Assembly (NCBI GenBank): GCA_011109175.1
Contig: RDEW01000048.1
Location: 85,445-149,444 of the forward strand
Origin: Dicyema japonicum
Lineage: Eukaryota; Animalia; Dicyemida
Length of the DNA: 64,000 nucleotides
Reading direction: 5' to 3'
Shown here one piece after another: positions 25,300-38,110 of the stretch. The first letter of the stretch is position 1; every line of letters starts with the position of its first letter. The position numbers and the translations under genes are program-made. Under the pieces are notes generated by a model. That model did not search any database. It was not told the origin of the DNA and saw nothing but the letters and a program-made list of their open reading frames with translations.

Positions 25300-25615
25300 A
25301 TTATGACCACACATCAAATGGATTTGAAAAAATTGGTATATTGGCTAAATAAAATAAATAGTCAAGAAAAATGTTATAAAAATGCAAAAAAATCGATGAA
25401 GTTCCACGGCAGTGACAATTATTAATTTAATTTTTTTAATCAAATTAAGATTTATTAAATTAAAATTCATTAAATTTCAATTTTAGAAAGAAAATCATAA
25501 AAAATTAAAATTTTGATTCATAAGTAATCATTCATTAATGAAAAATTCATTAAACAAAAAAGCAACTTTAATTAAATAATATATTAATCAAAATTTTAAT
25601 AGACCATTAAAATGT

Positions 25616-26253
25616 TTAGTAGGAAAATTTGTTGCAATTTTTGTCTTCAAAAAAATGATCTATTGAGAAAATTTCTTTTGATTTACTAAAATTTGGATTT
25701 TTTGTAAAAAAATCTTCAAATTTATTTTTTGTTTCTTCGTCATATTTTAATCCTAAAATATTTATATTTTTTACCTCCGGCATAAAGATGTGTCACTAAT
25801 TCCGCACATTTATAATATTTTGAATAGCTCTGAAAAATTTTACCCGGATGATCTGGTTCCGACATCAGGTTTTTTAACGACTCGATGTAGGTTACCATGG
25901 TTATTACACGATACCGTAGACTACCACATTCGATACACGTGAATCCTGTAGATATATTAGGGTGAAAAATCGGAGTTTTGAATTTTAACTACATAATAAT
26001 GAACAAATTTACAGTTGGTAAACTTAATGGATAACCGTTTGGAATCGACAAAGATATTTTAAATTTTCCTCCTTCATAAGGAGAATTAATGGGACCGTCA
26101 ATTTCATAGTCGAATATTCGTGACTCAAAATTCGCAGATTCGAGCCTCATTCCATCAACCTACGTATAAGAATAATAATACTTGTTTCAGTTCTATTTGT
26201 TTGATCTCATTTACTAGTCTTCTTAAAGTCATGTTATCTTCATTACGAAACAT
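25616..26253 (-). CDS. Divergent E2/UBC, copy 2, three micro-introns
   Basis: MFRNEDNMTLRRLVNEIKQIELKQ|VDGMR..EIDGPINSPYEGGKFKISLSIPNGYPLSLPT|LKFKTPIFHPNISTGFTCIEC..AG|GLKYDEE; open after splicing. Confidence 0.8.
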
Positions 26254-26989
26254 ACTAGTATTATTTATTTCCTTTAACTTTAACTACTTTATTAACGAAG
26301 GAAAATAAAGAAGGTATTAAATTTCGACGCCAATTTTATTTATATACTGCTTTTCACGTTTTCCATGTAAATTGAAAAACGTGATAATTTTGATTAAAAT
26401 CCTTTATTAATTTATTGATCAGACGATTACTAATAATGTTGTTATTAAACCTGTTAATTTTAAATCAAGTATTTAGAGTCGGGAAAGAAAAATAACTAAT
26501 AAAGTTGACCCTAGCAATTTGGCCACCTTGCAAATTGGCCGCATAAATTCTAAGGAACCAAAAATGGCCAATTTGCGAAGGTCGACTGTATAAGATAAAA
26601 TGTTAGAATTTACATAACCTCAGACTCAGACATTCCTTTTATGTTTGTTAATTAAAATCACGTCCTTCAAAATAAGTGACCACTTAAAATTTCAATTATC
26701 TTTTTCTCATTGTACCGTTCTTTGTTACTGCCATCATCTGTTACGTCATTTATGAATAGGATCACAATCAACTACTCTTGAAATTTTTGAGAAAACGTAA
26801 ATGACCCATAATATTTAAGTCATTTCCAACTTTACATATGTTTACGTATTTTATTGAGGGTTACCTCTACTTGTCCCGTGTTAGGATTTCCCCTCAATTA
26901 ACATGTCTGTCGATTTATCTACGAAATTATTATCAAAGCCCGCAAAATAATCATTCCCATATTCATAGTAGATTTTACGCGGAAACAAG

Positions 26990-28060
26990 AGCCCTCAATG
27001 ATAGAGAAAGAGACTGAAGAAAATTAGATCGATGTAGTCTTAAAAATTCGAAACTGAGCAAATAAATAACTAAGAAATCACTAAACAACGAGAAGAAATG
27101 GGAAGCCGCTCTGAACAGTCCGAGGAAAAACACATCGACCCCCTAACTGTGGATAACACTAAAGAATTTAAAAAAATTCTCCCTTGCACTACGTCTCAGC
27201 CAATTCAATGATAAACCCCCAGGTATGTCTACATACGCCACAAACCTTACTCCAAATCTTTGGATCCTCAGCCAAAACACATGAGAATAAAGAAATTATT
27301 ATTCTTGCCAGAGGATATATTCTCTACAATCAATTATATGAATATATATTATCCAAATGGACAGATAATATCTTAATGGTAGAATTGAAGCATTTGGGAC
27401 CACTCACAATCGAGGCGATTACCCATATTTTCAACCACTAATGAACAAATCGAAATTCAAACAATATGGAAAAATTCCTTAATACATCCGATACCGAAAA
27501 GGAATAAACCTCAAAACGACTTACTGGTCAATATCAATCCTGTGTGGACTTCCACAAAAACTGGAAAAGTTAGTCATTCGGAAGATTACTCCCTCCTTGC
27601 AACTCCCCCATTCTAATATGGATTCGGATATACGCACCTGACGAAGCTAGTTCAATTTATCACTGAGGGATTGAACTATGAAAAACCGCATGAGATAACG
27701 ATGTTAATCTCTTTAGACATCGAGAATTCTCAAAAACTTTCTCAGATCCCCAATTTCTTCTATCCCTTCTTTCGAATCGTTATACAAACAATATATCCTG
27801 GCGATCATCGAACACACATGTCAGCATGGTTACACTGCTGTCCATATCCACACAAAACAAACTTGAAGTTATACAAATCAATACCTCCGAATTCTACTAA
27901 AATGCAACAAACTGACGCCTATCTTATCAAGAAAGCGCTTAATGGTAAAACAGCGTTTACATCTACAGACAGCGCAATTTTCAAAAAACTGCAAGTTAGA
28001 CCGGAAACCCACTCAAAGAAAAGATTCTTACCTACTTGGAATATGCATGTAGACAGAAAA
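26990..28060 (+). mobile_element. Highly degenerate LINE RT region
   Basis: ELKHLGPLTIEAITHIFNH, ISILCGLPQKLEKLV, LISLDIENS. Confidence 0.6.
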
Positions 28061-28392
28061 TAAACCTTCCCCTTTACTGAGGCTTATGAAAAGATTTCAG
28101 ACAATACCGAAATGTGAGGGGAGTGAGACACACCTGGATGTGTCTATTAACATCACTTTCAATTTCTGAAAACTTTAATAAAGAATTCGGCACATGTTAG
28201 CATACGCTAGATCAGGCATGCTCACAATCATATAATCCATGGCTTCCTTTTCGACATTTTTAAAAATATGTTATATCCTGTGGCTCCCTAAGTTTAACAA
28301 CAATAAAACTATTTACTAGACAATATTTGTTAGTATTCAAATTAAATAAATTATTTAGAAAAAAACATCAGAGACAATTTATATTCCCATTA

Positions 28393-30084
28393 CAGTATGA
28401 CCTCTATTTGGGGCACCTATTTAAAAAAAATGCCCCAAAAACAGAGGTTTCCCCAAAAATGGAGGTTCGGCATTTTCTTTAGATTTATCCACAGTTTAAC
28501 AATTTAAATTTGCTTTTTATTAAATTTATAGATAAATAATGTTTTTTTTTTTTTATAGATTTTTCAGAATTATATTGAAAACAAATTTATTTAACGATAG
28601 GAAAATAGTCTGTTAATTTCCCTCCGGTTGCGGATTTTTTCATTTGCATTCCTAATATTTTTCTTGAACTTTATTGTATTAATATTGAACGTATCGAATT
28701 ATCAGTTTCAAAATTTATTGAAAATACTCTAAAGGAAGAGGATTTACAAGTTTACATATATCATCTTAAGAATATGTACAACGATTTTCAAACACGATAT
28801 ATCAATCTCACTTAGTTATTCCGCCATGGATTATTAATCTTTTCAATGTAAAACCTTCCACGGTTGAGATCGAGATAAAAAAAGACATAATAGATTTTCA
28901 ATCTTATTAATCGTCTTTAACCTTGAATTGCGAACACGATAGAGATATATATTGCGAACAACTCGACAGAAATTCAAAAACTAAAAGATGATAGCTACGC
29001 AAAGAAAACGATTACGTTGCGAATTGTCTTTAAAGAAGAAAATTCAAATAATAAATGAATCGAACCAAACACCTAAGCCGACACAAAAATTTCTCAGCAA
29101 GAAGTATGGATTTGGATGCAGCATTGTATCAGAGATACTTAAAAAAGCTGATATTTATTTGGAATTATTCAATAACAACGCAAATTCTGCTAAAAAACGT
29201 TTTGACAACAACTGCAAATTTGCAAAAATCACTTGGGAGTGGTTCCAGATAGCACGTTCCAAAAACTTTTGTTTGTCAGGACCAATTATTATTGCAAAAG
29301 CTACCGAGTTTGCTAAAGCACTGGGCGAAAATGATTTTAAAGCTTCTACTGGCTGGTTATGCAGGTGGAAGTCTCGTTACTGAATCCAGTCGTACTGTAT
29401 CAGTGGTGAAAAAGCAAATGTTGACAGTGATGTTGTTTTTGACTGGTTGAAGTGTACCTTTTCTAATTGAGGGATATCGACCAGAGGATATATTTAACTG
29501 CAACGAAACCGGACTATTCTATCGTGCCCTTCCTGATAAAACACTATCAGTAAGAGGTAATCATCACAGTGGATCAAAAAAGTCGAAGGAACGTCTTACT
29601 GTAATGCTTGCATGCAGTTCGACAGGAGAAAAGCTAAAGCCAATTGTAATTGGCAATTCTCGAAAACCCGATGTTTAAAGAATATTAATCTGAAGATAAT
29701 GAGCTTCTGAGGATAATGACAGTGACTCAGATTCTGATAATCAAACAGAGCCAAAACATAGAGAAACTCTGATAATCAAACAGAGCCAAAACATAGAGAA
29801 ATTAACACGCACAAATGTTCAACAAATGCTAGACCAAATCTGCCACTTTGCTTTACTCAAGACCCTGCATTACTCGATCCCGTCAATAGACTGATCTATC
29901 TGAATAATAAAGCGATTGCTGAATCGAAGCTAAGTACCCTCCTTAATGACAGATTTCTATTAATTTTACTGTTTCACTTTTACGTTGTAAGTAAATTTAA
30001 TGACTTGTTCAATATACAGGCCTCCCCTCTATACCTGATTATTTTGTCAGTCCCGAGAGGAATTGGTTTAAAGAGGTTTGACTG
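28393..30084 (+). mobile_element. Tigger/pogo transposon relic (CENP-B HTH and DDE at 28988-29700); includes a hAT-like coding scrap at about 28700-28920
   Basis: LSLKKKIQII..WEWFQIARSKNFCLSGPII..FKASTGWLCRWKSRY, IFNCNETGLFYRALPDKT, KKSKERLTVMLA; right end GAGGTTTGACTG|TA. Pairing with the left end TA|CAGTATGACCTC is tentative. Confidence 0.75.
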
Positions 30085-30513
30085 TAATCAAAAAATACCA
30101 GCACTCTAAACGACACGAAACTCAAAAAACGTTTACTAGTGATATAGCCTTTTCCATTACTGAACAGAATATTTGTAAAAACCACAATAGTTTGACCTGA
30201 AACCATGGTGTTCGTCACGCAGCCACGACTAATCAGTGTTAGCTTGTTAAAGCTAGCTAGGTCTGTCCACTGTATATAGGCAGTTTTTTCCTCGGCAAAT
30301 TATCCACATGAAACAAGGCCGTCTAGTTCACTTGTCAATGCGATTTAGTAGGACAAATTTGTAACCGATGGAAGAAAATAATTATATATTAAACACAACA
30401 ATACCATATATTCATAAAGTGCTAAAATAGATATTACTACATATCTAACGCTTATCATCCTCACAATAATTACAGTAAATGATCAAATAGAAACAAAACC
30501 AGTAAAAAAGAAG

Positions 30514-31267
30514 TTAATCGTCGTCATCAGGGAGAGAAACACCTTGAGCTTGCTAAAATGAGTAAATAAGAAACCATCATCTGATTTTCATAGTTTTTAG
30601 TATCCTGAATGTCAATGGAAACCTGAGGAGGAAGAGTTGGAGGGGCCTTTACCAACTGTAAGTCAGGATCGCCACTCAGCCGCTGCATTATTAGCAAAAA
30701 TGGTTTCTCAATCTGATAATTACTTTTTGCAGATATACAAAAGAACTAAAGTTAAAAAACGTACTTACAGCCATATTGTTCTTTCGGTGGAAGGTGATCA
30801 TATTCGGCTTCACTTTCCTGTCCTTCACATCAACTTTGTTGCCACACAGCACGATGGGAATATCAGGACACACTCTCACTAAATCTCTGTGCCATGTTTC
30901 CACGTTCTTATAACTTATTCGAGAAGTAAGATCAAACATTATTATAGCAGCATTGCCTGGGTTATAAAAAATGTTACTTTGAAGGTAGTAACCCTCACGG
31001 AGTCCACCGAACTTCTCTTGTCCTGCTGTATCCCAAATATTCAATCGAATGGCACCACGGTTAGTGTAAAAGACCAACGAAGTGATGTTAACTCCACTGG
31101 TTGCTGAGTTTATTAAAGATTACTACCGACATAACGTTTTTCGAATTCTCCTGTTTTATGTCTCTCTATAAATGTAGTCTTTCCTGTTCCCCCATCCCCT
31201 AGTACAACGAGCTGACCATTAATCGTTAGTTAACCTTAAAGGCGGCAACACATTCATCACGACTCAT
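30514..31267 (-). CDS. RAN: Ran GTPase, intact, five introns of 21-23 nt
   Basis: [11 protein letters not shown]|[15 protein letters not shown]|[25 protein letters not shown]..|[10 protein letters not shown]..|[12 protein letters not shown]. Confidence 0.95.
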
Positions 31268-31539
31268 AATACACAAAAAATAGTGTGCTAATAATTTTAT
31301 TTTATTTAAATTTTATTATTTTTAATTATTCACATTTTTATATTTCAATAAATGCCGTCATGTGGTTTACCAGACAGAATAGCCATGGAGACAGAATATT
31401 AATAATAATAATAGCCATGGAGGCGTTCATAGTACGCGTAACTCACTTCAGAAAAGGACCATTTGCTTTTTCCACCGGAAAGTAATGTTACCCTCGGTCA
31501 GCGAATTTATGGATCGGTATCAGCTTCCAGGACGTGTGC

Positions 31540-33650
31540 TCCCGAAAACAAAACGACCGGATTTCAGTGATCCAGCTCAACGTGAATGGAATCAACATCC
31601 CCAGACATCACTCTCTGCTATCCAACCCTCTCTACAAGAGTAACTTGGTCCGTCATATACGATACCAGAAGCGACCACAACCCTATTTTATTGAAGATCA
31701 TGAGGGAAGTGTTTTGTGATAAGAAGAAGCCGACCTACATATACAAATCCGCAAACTGCAACTTTTTCCGGATTATTACTGAATATCTTTTGGCTGACGT
31801 AAATCTGGAGGATTTCTCCTTCCTTGACAAGGCGGTGTATCACATAAATGACATCATTCTGCAAGGGAGAAAATGGCTGTCCAATAAGACACACCTGCTA
31901 CACAAGAGGCATAGGAAAGATGACTTTGGTCAAGGAAAGAAATAGCCTCAAAAAGGCTGGAATTCGCTCAACCGAGGCAAAACTCCGACTGAAAGCACTG
32001 AATGAAAATATAAAGGCCAAAGAACTTAAGATACAGAAAGCAAAATGGTCACGAGTTCTCACAGACAACCACCCAAGTATGGAAAATCATTCGGGACATA
32101 TCAAGGGCTGATGATAGACCAACCGACGAATCCGAATAAAGCCAGAAGGATCTGAATTCCATTATGAAGTATTATGTGAAAATTGCCCATAAAGAGAAAC
32201 GGAAGATCAATACAGGTCAACTTACTTTGAAAAAATTAAAGAGGGACCGGTTTTCTTCCTACTTTTCAGAAACGGATGTTAAAGAAGCACTGTTCAATAC
32301 AAAGACTACCTATTCCCACGACCCAGATGGAATCCCTGTTGTCCTGCTAAAATATCTTGGACCGAAGAGGATCAGGACCCTTACAAAGATCAATAATTGG
32401 TCTTTAAGGTAAAATACGATCCTCTCACTATGGAAACTCGCCTACATAAGCCCGATATTGAAGATGGGAAAACCAAAAAACGAACCGGCATCATTCAGAC
32501 TGGTATCGTTGTTATCTTCAATGTCGAAAATTCTGGAAAAACTAGTTCAGAGGAACAATCTCAGAGAAACCATTCCAACATGGATTTAAATCCCTTCACT
32601 CGACGGATACCCACTTACTATCCCTGAGTGATTTTATTCGCTCGGAGTTCAACAACAAACCCATGCACAGAAAGCCAATTCTATGTTCTGTAGACATTCA
32701 CAAGGTATTCGACTCCATACCAAGAATAAAACTCACCAAAAAATCTATCAGACGGATATACCTAGGAATTTCAAACTCTGGCTGGTGAATTTCCTTTGTG
32801 GAAGAAGAGGACGAGTCTGTTTGGGAAACCTACGGTCGAGCTCCCGTTTAATTCTAAATGGAATACCCAAGGATCTCCTCTGTCCTCTATACTCTTTAAC
32901 TTTTTTTGAATGATATCCCGACTCTGGAGCATGAGGATGACATTTTACTAACTTATGCAGACGATATTGTTATTGCATCCAAGGACCAAGACGTTAAGGT
33001 GGACTCGGAGAAACTACAATTACTTGTAAACTGATTAATCTACTGGATAAAAGAAAACATTCTGTCTATCATCGCGGAAAAATTGGTTACGTCTCTCCTT
33101 ACCTCTGATAAGAGAATATCCAACAGGACAGTGGATATAGAAGCAGATAGAAGCAAGTTTCAATTCCAAAAATGGCAGAAGATCCTAGGAGTAGTATTCG
33201 ACGCTCACATGACTTTCTCGCGGCACGTGGGAAATGTTTTAAACAAATGTGAATAGAAAATCAACCTCTTGAAGGAAATCTCTGATTTATGGAAGATTGG
33301 AAGTCATCCTGTTCTGAAATCACTATACAGCCAGTACATCGAGCCATGCATATCACATGCATGTGCATCATGGGGCCCCTCAATTTCTTGGACGAATGGC
33401 CAGAAAATTGCGGCAACCCAAAAAAGAGCGTTTTCTGTGATAGAAAACTGGATCAAAGGCGATCTAAATTCTACACCTACCCCCTCGGTAGACCTAATAA
33501 AAGAAAAGGAGGCCAAACTCAACGATACCAGAGGATCACTTGTCCACTGCGTGATTGTGTTGGATCGAGGGAAGACCACCGGGCCAAGTGAGAGACCTAT
33601 TGAAATTCGCCGGGATCACATAATTTCTTGTTTTTGTCTTTAACTGTGGT
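31540..33650 (+). mobile_element. APE-RT LINE (I/Jockey group-like), degenerate and internally deleted
   Basis: IQLNVNGI, SDHNPI, PDGIP..LKYLGPK, RPVSLLSSMSKILEK, QHGFR-like region, LTYADDIVIA, ILGVVFD, YSQYIEPCISHACASWG. Confidence 0.8.
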
Positions 33651-34464
33651 CTTTGGAAATATATTTCAAAGTAATTCACAATGTCGCCACATATGACCAA
33701 GTAGCGTAATAGTTACTGCTGTCGCTTGCGTTGCATTAGTTGTGGGTTTGTTTTCAACACTGCTATTTACTTGCCCGAAAAATTTTTTTGTTTTTTGACT
33801 TCTTCATTTGCTAGAGGCGTTAGTGGATCCACATAACACGTAGGATCCACAATTTCGAGTATTTTTTTTAACTCAAGGGGAACCCATAATAGCACATGCT
33901 TGAAGGGACGTAATGGTGGGAAAAATCCATCCCACTCCGATCAGGTAAATTGGATAAAACCTATTTCGTGTATATCCGGGATATTAAAGAAAGTTCTTAT
34001 ATGTGATCAAAGAAATCTGTGAACGGTAGAATAGTGCTGTTTAATAACCACTGCAAAGCAAACTGTTTGGTAAAAGTATGGTTTGTTGGTTACAAATGTG
34101 GGAAGCTTTTTCAAAATCAAATGACCCATCAGAAAATCCGTTCCTGAACTGCTACAGGTACGATGGCGGATCACAAACGTAATGCGGCGTTGCTAATTGA
34201 GAAAACTGGGGCCTGTTAACTGTTTGACTACATTGTGTCTTTTTTCAGTATTCCAGAAGTTCCAAATCGATAAATATTCCTTCATTTTTTCCGTGCTCAG
34301 GGGAAGAAAGACGGCAAGGGCTGTCATCTGTCATAAAAAAGTAGACATTATGCGCATTATGGTAAATTGAAAGAAGTTAGTTGTCCGGATCTGTCTGGTA
34401 ACACAAGAGGAATCTTAACCTAATTATTTTTTAGAACAAAAACGAATTATTATGTAACAAAACA

Positions 34465-34630
34465 GTCAAAATTATCAAGCTGAGAGGATGGAATGGCTGT
34501 TTCTCCTGATAGCTGCCAGAGAAGTCATTTGGAACAGCCATTCGGCTTCCCGATCCTCATTACTCACTTTCGAAATCATTGACCCAAGCGATCTTAGTAA
34601 AGAGACCGTCTTGAGCATTATAAGTGATGG
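34465..34630 (-). mobile_element. CRE 3' end relic; homolog at 38436-38630
   Basis: Minus strand encodes LRSLGSMISKVSNEDREAEWLFQMTSLAAIRRNSHSI. Confidence 0.7.
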
Positions 34631-34634
34631 TGTC

Positions 34635-35260
34635 TCTATAGCTGTGGGAGTCTGTTAATAGCACACGGAGAGATTTTTTGTATAATATATAGTCTATCTA
34701 GTTGTATATGTGAACGTTATTTCCATTTTCATCTTTTCTGAGTCCGGTCCATGTAGTTTTGTCTGCATTATGATTGAATACCGAATTACAAATCAAACAC
34801 GTTACAGAATTTTACAAGCGATTCACCTGACATATTTATTCTCCCCCTAGCATGGCTGCCCATAGAGTTCTCTCCAAGACAGTGACCCACTTTTGCATTC
34901 CAATCTCCACAGAAACGAAAGATCAATACAGGTCAGAGATGGTATCCGTTAGTGACATGAAAAACAGTTCAAGTTCATCGGGGTTTGTAGAAACCCTTGC
35001 CATGGTGGGCGCGTAGACAATTAATATGGATATAAAGGAATTATCTGTCCTCCCACTCTTAATCTGAAATACTGCTATTCTGTCGTTGACCTTCCACATT
35101 CTGTGGATTCTCCCATCAAGATATTGATGTATGGCAAAGCCCAGTCCGTAGTGGTTGCATTCGGAGTCTAGTAGTGTGAGTCTAAACTATCCGTAATTCT
35201 ACTCAACTGGATCCTTCACTTTAGTCTCCTGTGTACTGAAAATAGTGACCTTATATAATA
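34635..35260 (-). mobile_element. RTE-clade LINE endonuclease relic
   Basis: TQETK, GLGFAI, VNDRI, IVYAPT, GDWNAKVG, N.SG..LVKFC, KTTW, IDYII. Confidence 0.75.
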
Positions 35261-35315
35261 AGTCATTTATCAAATCCTCCCTTTAGTTATTTAAAACAAT
35301 TTCATCAAAATTATC

Positions 35316-35620
35316 GCCGCGTGGCGCCATGTGGTTCTAAGTAATAATTAGTTTATGTTTTCTGTTTTTGTATGTTCCTCCTTTTTCCCTTCCTATTCGA
35401 ATGGCGTCATGAGATCCACTGTCTAGGTGGCGCCCAGGTTGGCACAAAAACGAATCAATTGCTCTCCCCCACTTATTGGAGGAATTTCCACAACTGCAAG
35501 TAATGGACGTTTTTTACCCTTTATGCTGATTCCGGATGGACTCTATTTCTATAGAAGTGGAGACTGGATACACTTAACTAGTTGTTTACTTTAACTTTTT
35601 TCTCTGGGGTTAATAAATTT
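35316..35620 (+). mobile_element. SINE-like family C, copy 1
   Basis: Same 5' end (GCCGCGTGGCGCCATGTGG) and 3' end (GGGGTTAATAAAT) as 44538-44860. Confidence 0.65.
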
Positions 35621-35659
35621 ATAATAATTTAAAAAAATCACAAATAAAAAGTCGCAATT

Positions 35660-35674
35660 TTGAGAAACACTGAT
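35660..35674. mobile_element. Orphan hAT (Buster-type) terminus
   Basis: TTTGAGAAACACTG (reverse complement CAGTGTTTCTCAAA) followed by ATCTAGAA with a central TA. A similar end lies at 39685-39699 (CCCTG|ATTTAAAG). Confidence 0.45.
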
Positions 35675-36054
35675 CTAGAAATGAAAATTTTATCTTAAAT
35701 TTTTTGAATAACTTTCGATTAATTAATCTGCCAACCAAGTGCCCAATTTAGAATTGATCCACGAAATCTCATTTGGAAGAATTCCGCTTCTAGACCATGG
35801 GAACTGGATATAAATGAAACAAATAAGACATAGTGTGTACAAACTTCATACGTTTTCATGCACGTCGTAAAATTTGCTTAAAACAAAAACAAAAATATAT
35901 TAAATTATTAGTGCTATCAATCAATATTAGAAGACCAGTGTTTCAAAATACACAGATATACTATCGGTTTTTTTTGTATAAAAAATGCAGTAGCATTAAA
36001 TCAGGTCGAATTCTTATGAACATATTTATAACGCAAGAATAACGTTAAAATTAG

Positions 36055-37313
36055 ATGATACTGGTGCTTTTAGTGTTAATTTTCATTATTAAATCATGTA
36101 ATTTTTATATTTTGATTAATAGATCTGGCTGGGCACAACGAGTTTTGGCCATTTGACTATGAATATTCAAATGTAAAAACATACAATATAATTAGGGAGG
36201 AACATCATCGACTGAAGTGAAAATAAGACGTTATAGAATATATACTAAGATACGTACAACAACAAGTATAATGACATTTCATTTTACTAGCTTCAACCAC
36301 TCCATTGACGACAGGTATAGTGAATAGTCATTTTACTAGCTTCAACCACTCCATTGACGACAGGTATAGTGAATAGTCATTTTACTAGCTTCAACCACTC
36401 CATTGACGACAGGTATAGTGAATAGTCATTTTACTAGCTTCTACTATTCCATTGACGACAGGTATAGTGAATGGTCATTTTACTAGCTTCTACTATTCCA
36501 TTGACGACAGGTATAGTGAATGGTCATTTTACTAGCTTCAACCACTCCATTGACGACAGGTATAGTGAATGGTCATTTTACTAGCTTCAACCACTCCATT
36601 GACGACAGGTATAGTGAATGGTCATTTTACTAGATTCAACTACTCCATTGACGACAGGTATAGTGAATGGTCATTTTACTAGCTTCTACTATTCCATTGA
36701 CGACAGGTATTGTGAATGGTCATTTTACTAGATTCAACTACTCCATTGACGACAGGTATAGTGAATGGTCATTTTACTAGCTTCTACTATTCCATTGACG
36801 ACAGGTATTGTGAATGGTCATTTTACTAGATTCAACTACTCCATTGACGACAGGTATAGTGAATGGTCATTTTACTAGATTCTACCATTCCATTGACGAC
36901 AGGTATTGTGAATGGTCATTTTACTATATTCAACTACTCCATTGACAACAGGTATAGTGAATAGTCATTTTATTAGCTTCAACCACTCTATACAAAGAAT
37001 CTTTTCAAAATACTGGTTTGAAATATATTTATGCTTCAGAAATTCAAGCGAAATGTTTATTTGTGAATTATTTTTAGCGTCAGAAAATAACAAAAAAACT
37101 ATTTTTTCTAGTACATTTAATATCAAATAGATAAATTAATTTATTTAGTGATTCCAGCTGTCATTGTTATCATTCTTGTGATCTATATTCTGCATATTTA
37201 TGGTAAACGTAAGAGAATGATGATCTATTCAACACCGAGATCATTCTCTAGGTTAACAGATTTATAATAATATCAGATTGGATTTAATGTTTCCCACTAC
37301 TATTCATTTTTGA
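36055..37313 (+). CDS. Mucin-like type I membrane protein of about 220-230 aa built from micro-exons
   Basis: Signal peptide MILVLLVLIFIIKSYLAG; 14 repeats of (A/D)ST(T/I)PLTT; then ASTTLYKESFQNT|EIQAK|SSENNKKTIFS|MIPAVIVIILVIYILHIYGKRKR (TM plus basic stop-transfer). All joins are GT-AG in frame except one acceptor. The exact 3' end is uncertain. Confidence 0.8.
36281..36985 (+). repeat. 49-bp minisatellite, about 14.4 copies (24-nt exon plus 25-nt intron)
   Basis: Unit CTTCAACCACTCCATTGACGACAG|GTATAGTGAATRGTCATTTTACTAG; exon starts at 36291+49n up to 36977. Confidence 0.97.
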
Positions 37314-37894
37314 TTTCAGATTACTAATAACATTACTTCTGTTTGGCTCATACTAATAATAAGTTAGTGAACTTATAATTTTTTCGTTTCCTTTAGTCAG
37401 GATAATCCAAGTTTTTTAATTTAGGGCAGATAGGAATGGAACTTAGATATCGGCCTATCAGATGCTTTATTATTTCCGACAGCTGTACAACCTGAATATT
37501 GCTGGTAATCACTCTCCTTTTGGAAGAAAATTTTGCCCCCAACTCACACTTATTTCTCATTTCCACATCAGTGTCAGTAATTATAGTTCTGTTAACAGTC
37601 GTAACAGTCGGGGCATAGGCATTTTCATAGACATGATAAATTGGATTTTGTCCCTAACTTGAGTTGCATGGCTGCAATACAACCGAGACATCCTAAACAC
37701 GAATGACCAGGTCATAATGATCCCTGGACTGCAAATCCAAGCCAATAATGTCGACAATCAGAGTCCAGATTAATGATTTAATAATCACATAAATTAGTAA
37801 TTGAATTTGCGATAATTTTCGTATATTGAAGACAATAAATAATGACCCCATTACAATCTACAGTATGCCCGTAATTTAAATATTATCAGTACTA

Positions 37895-38015
37895 GGAGGA
37901 ATGCTTGCCAGAAAAAAGGGATCAACGAGAAGGGTTATGGCTAAGACAAAAGATCGGAATAGCCATACTCCGAGGGAACTCGTTCGCAATCCACGCAGCA
38001 GGCTTCCTAAAAAAA
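37895..38015 (+). mobile_element. CRE 3' end fragment of the 2228-4960 family
   Basis: Near-identical to the reverse complement of 2060-2170; A-rich tail. Confidence 0.85.
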
Positions 38016-38110
38016 TAAATTAAAAAAAAACTAAAATAATTAGATAATTTTTTAGGTGGAATAATTTAATCATTATTAACAAAAAAAAATTAAAATAATC
38101 CAGCTGATAA

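Noticed and set aside
36281-36985. CRISPR array interpretation of the 49-bp repeat
   Set aside because: There are no unique spacers and no cas genes, the context is eukaryotic, and the whole unit repeats and parses as exon plus intron.
36291-36990. Alternative spliced reading frame (SFNHSIDD)n for the repeat
   Set aside because: It is open within the array but hits TGA at the next exon join, and the unit variants would be non-synonymous in that frame.
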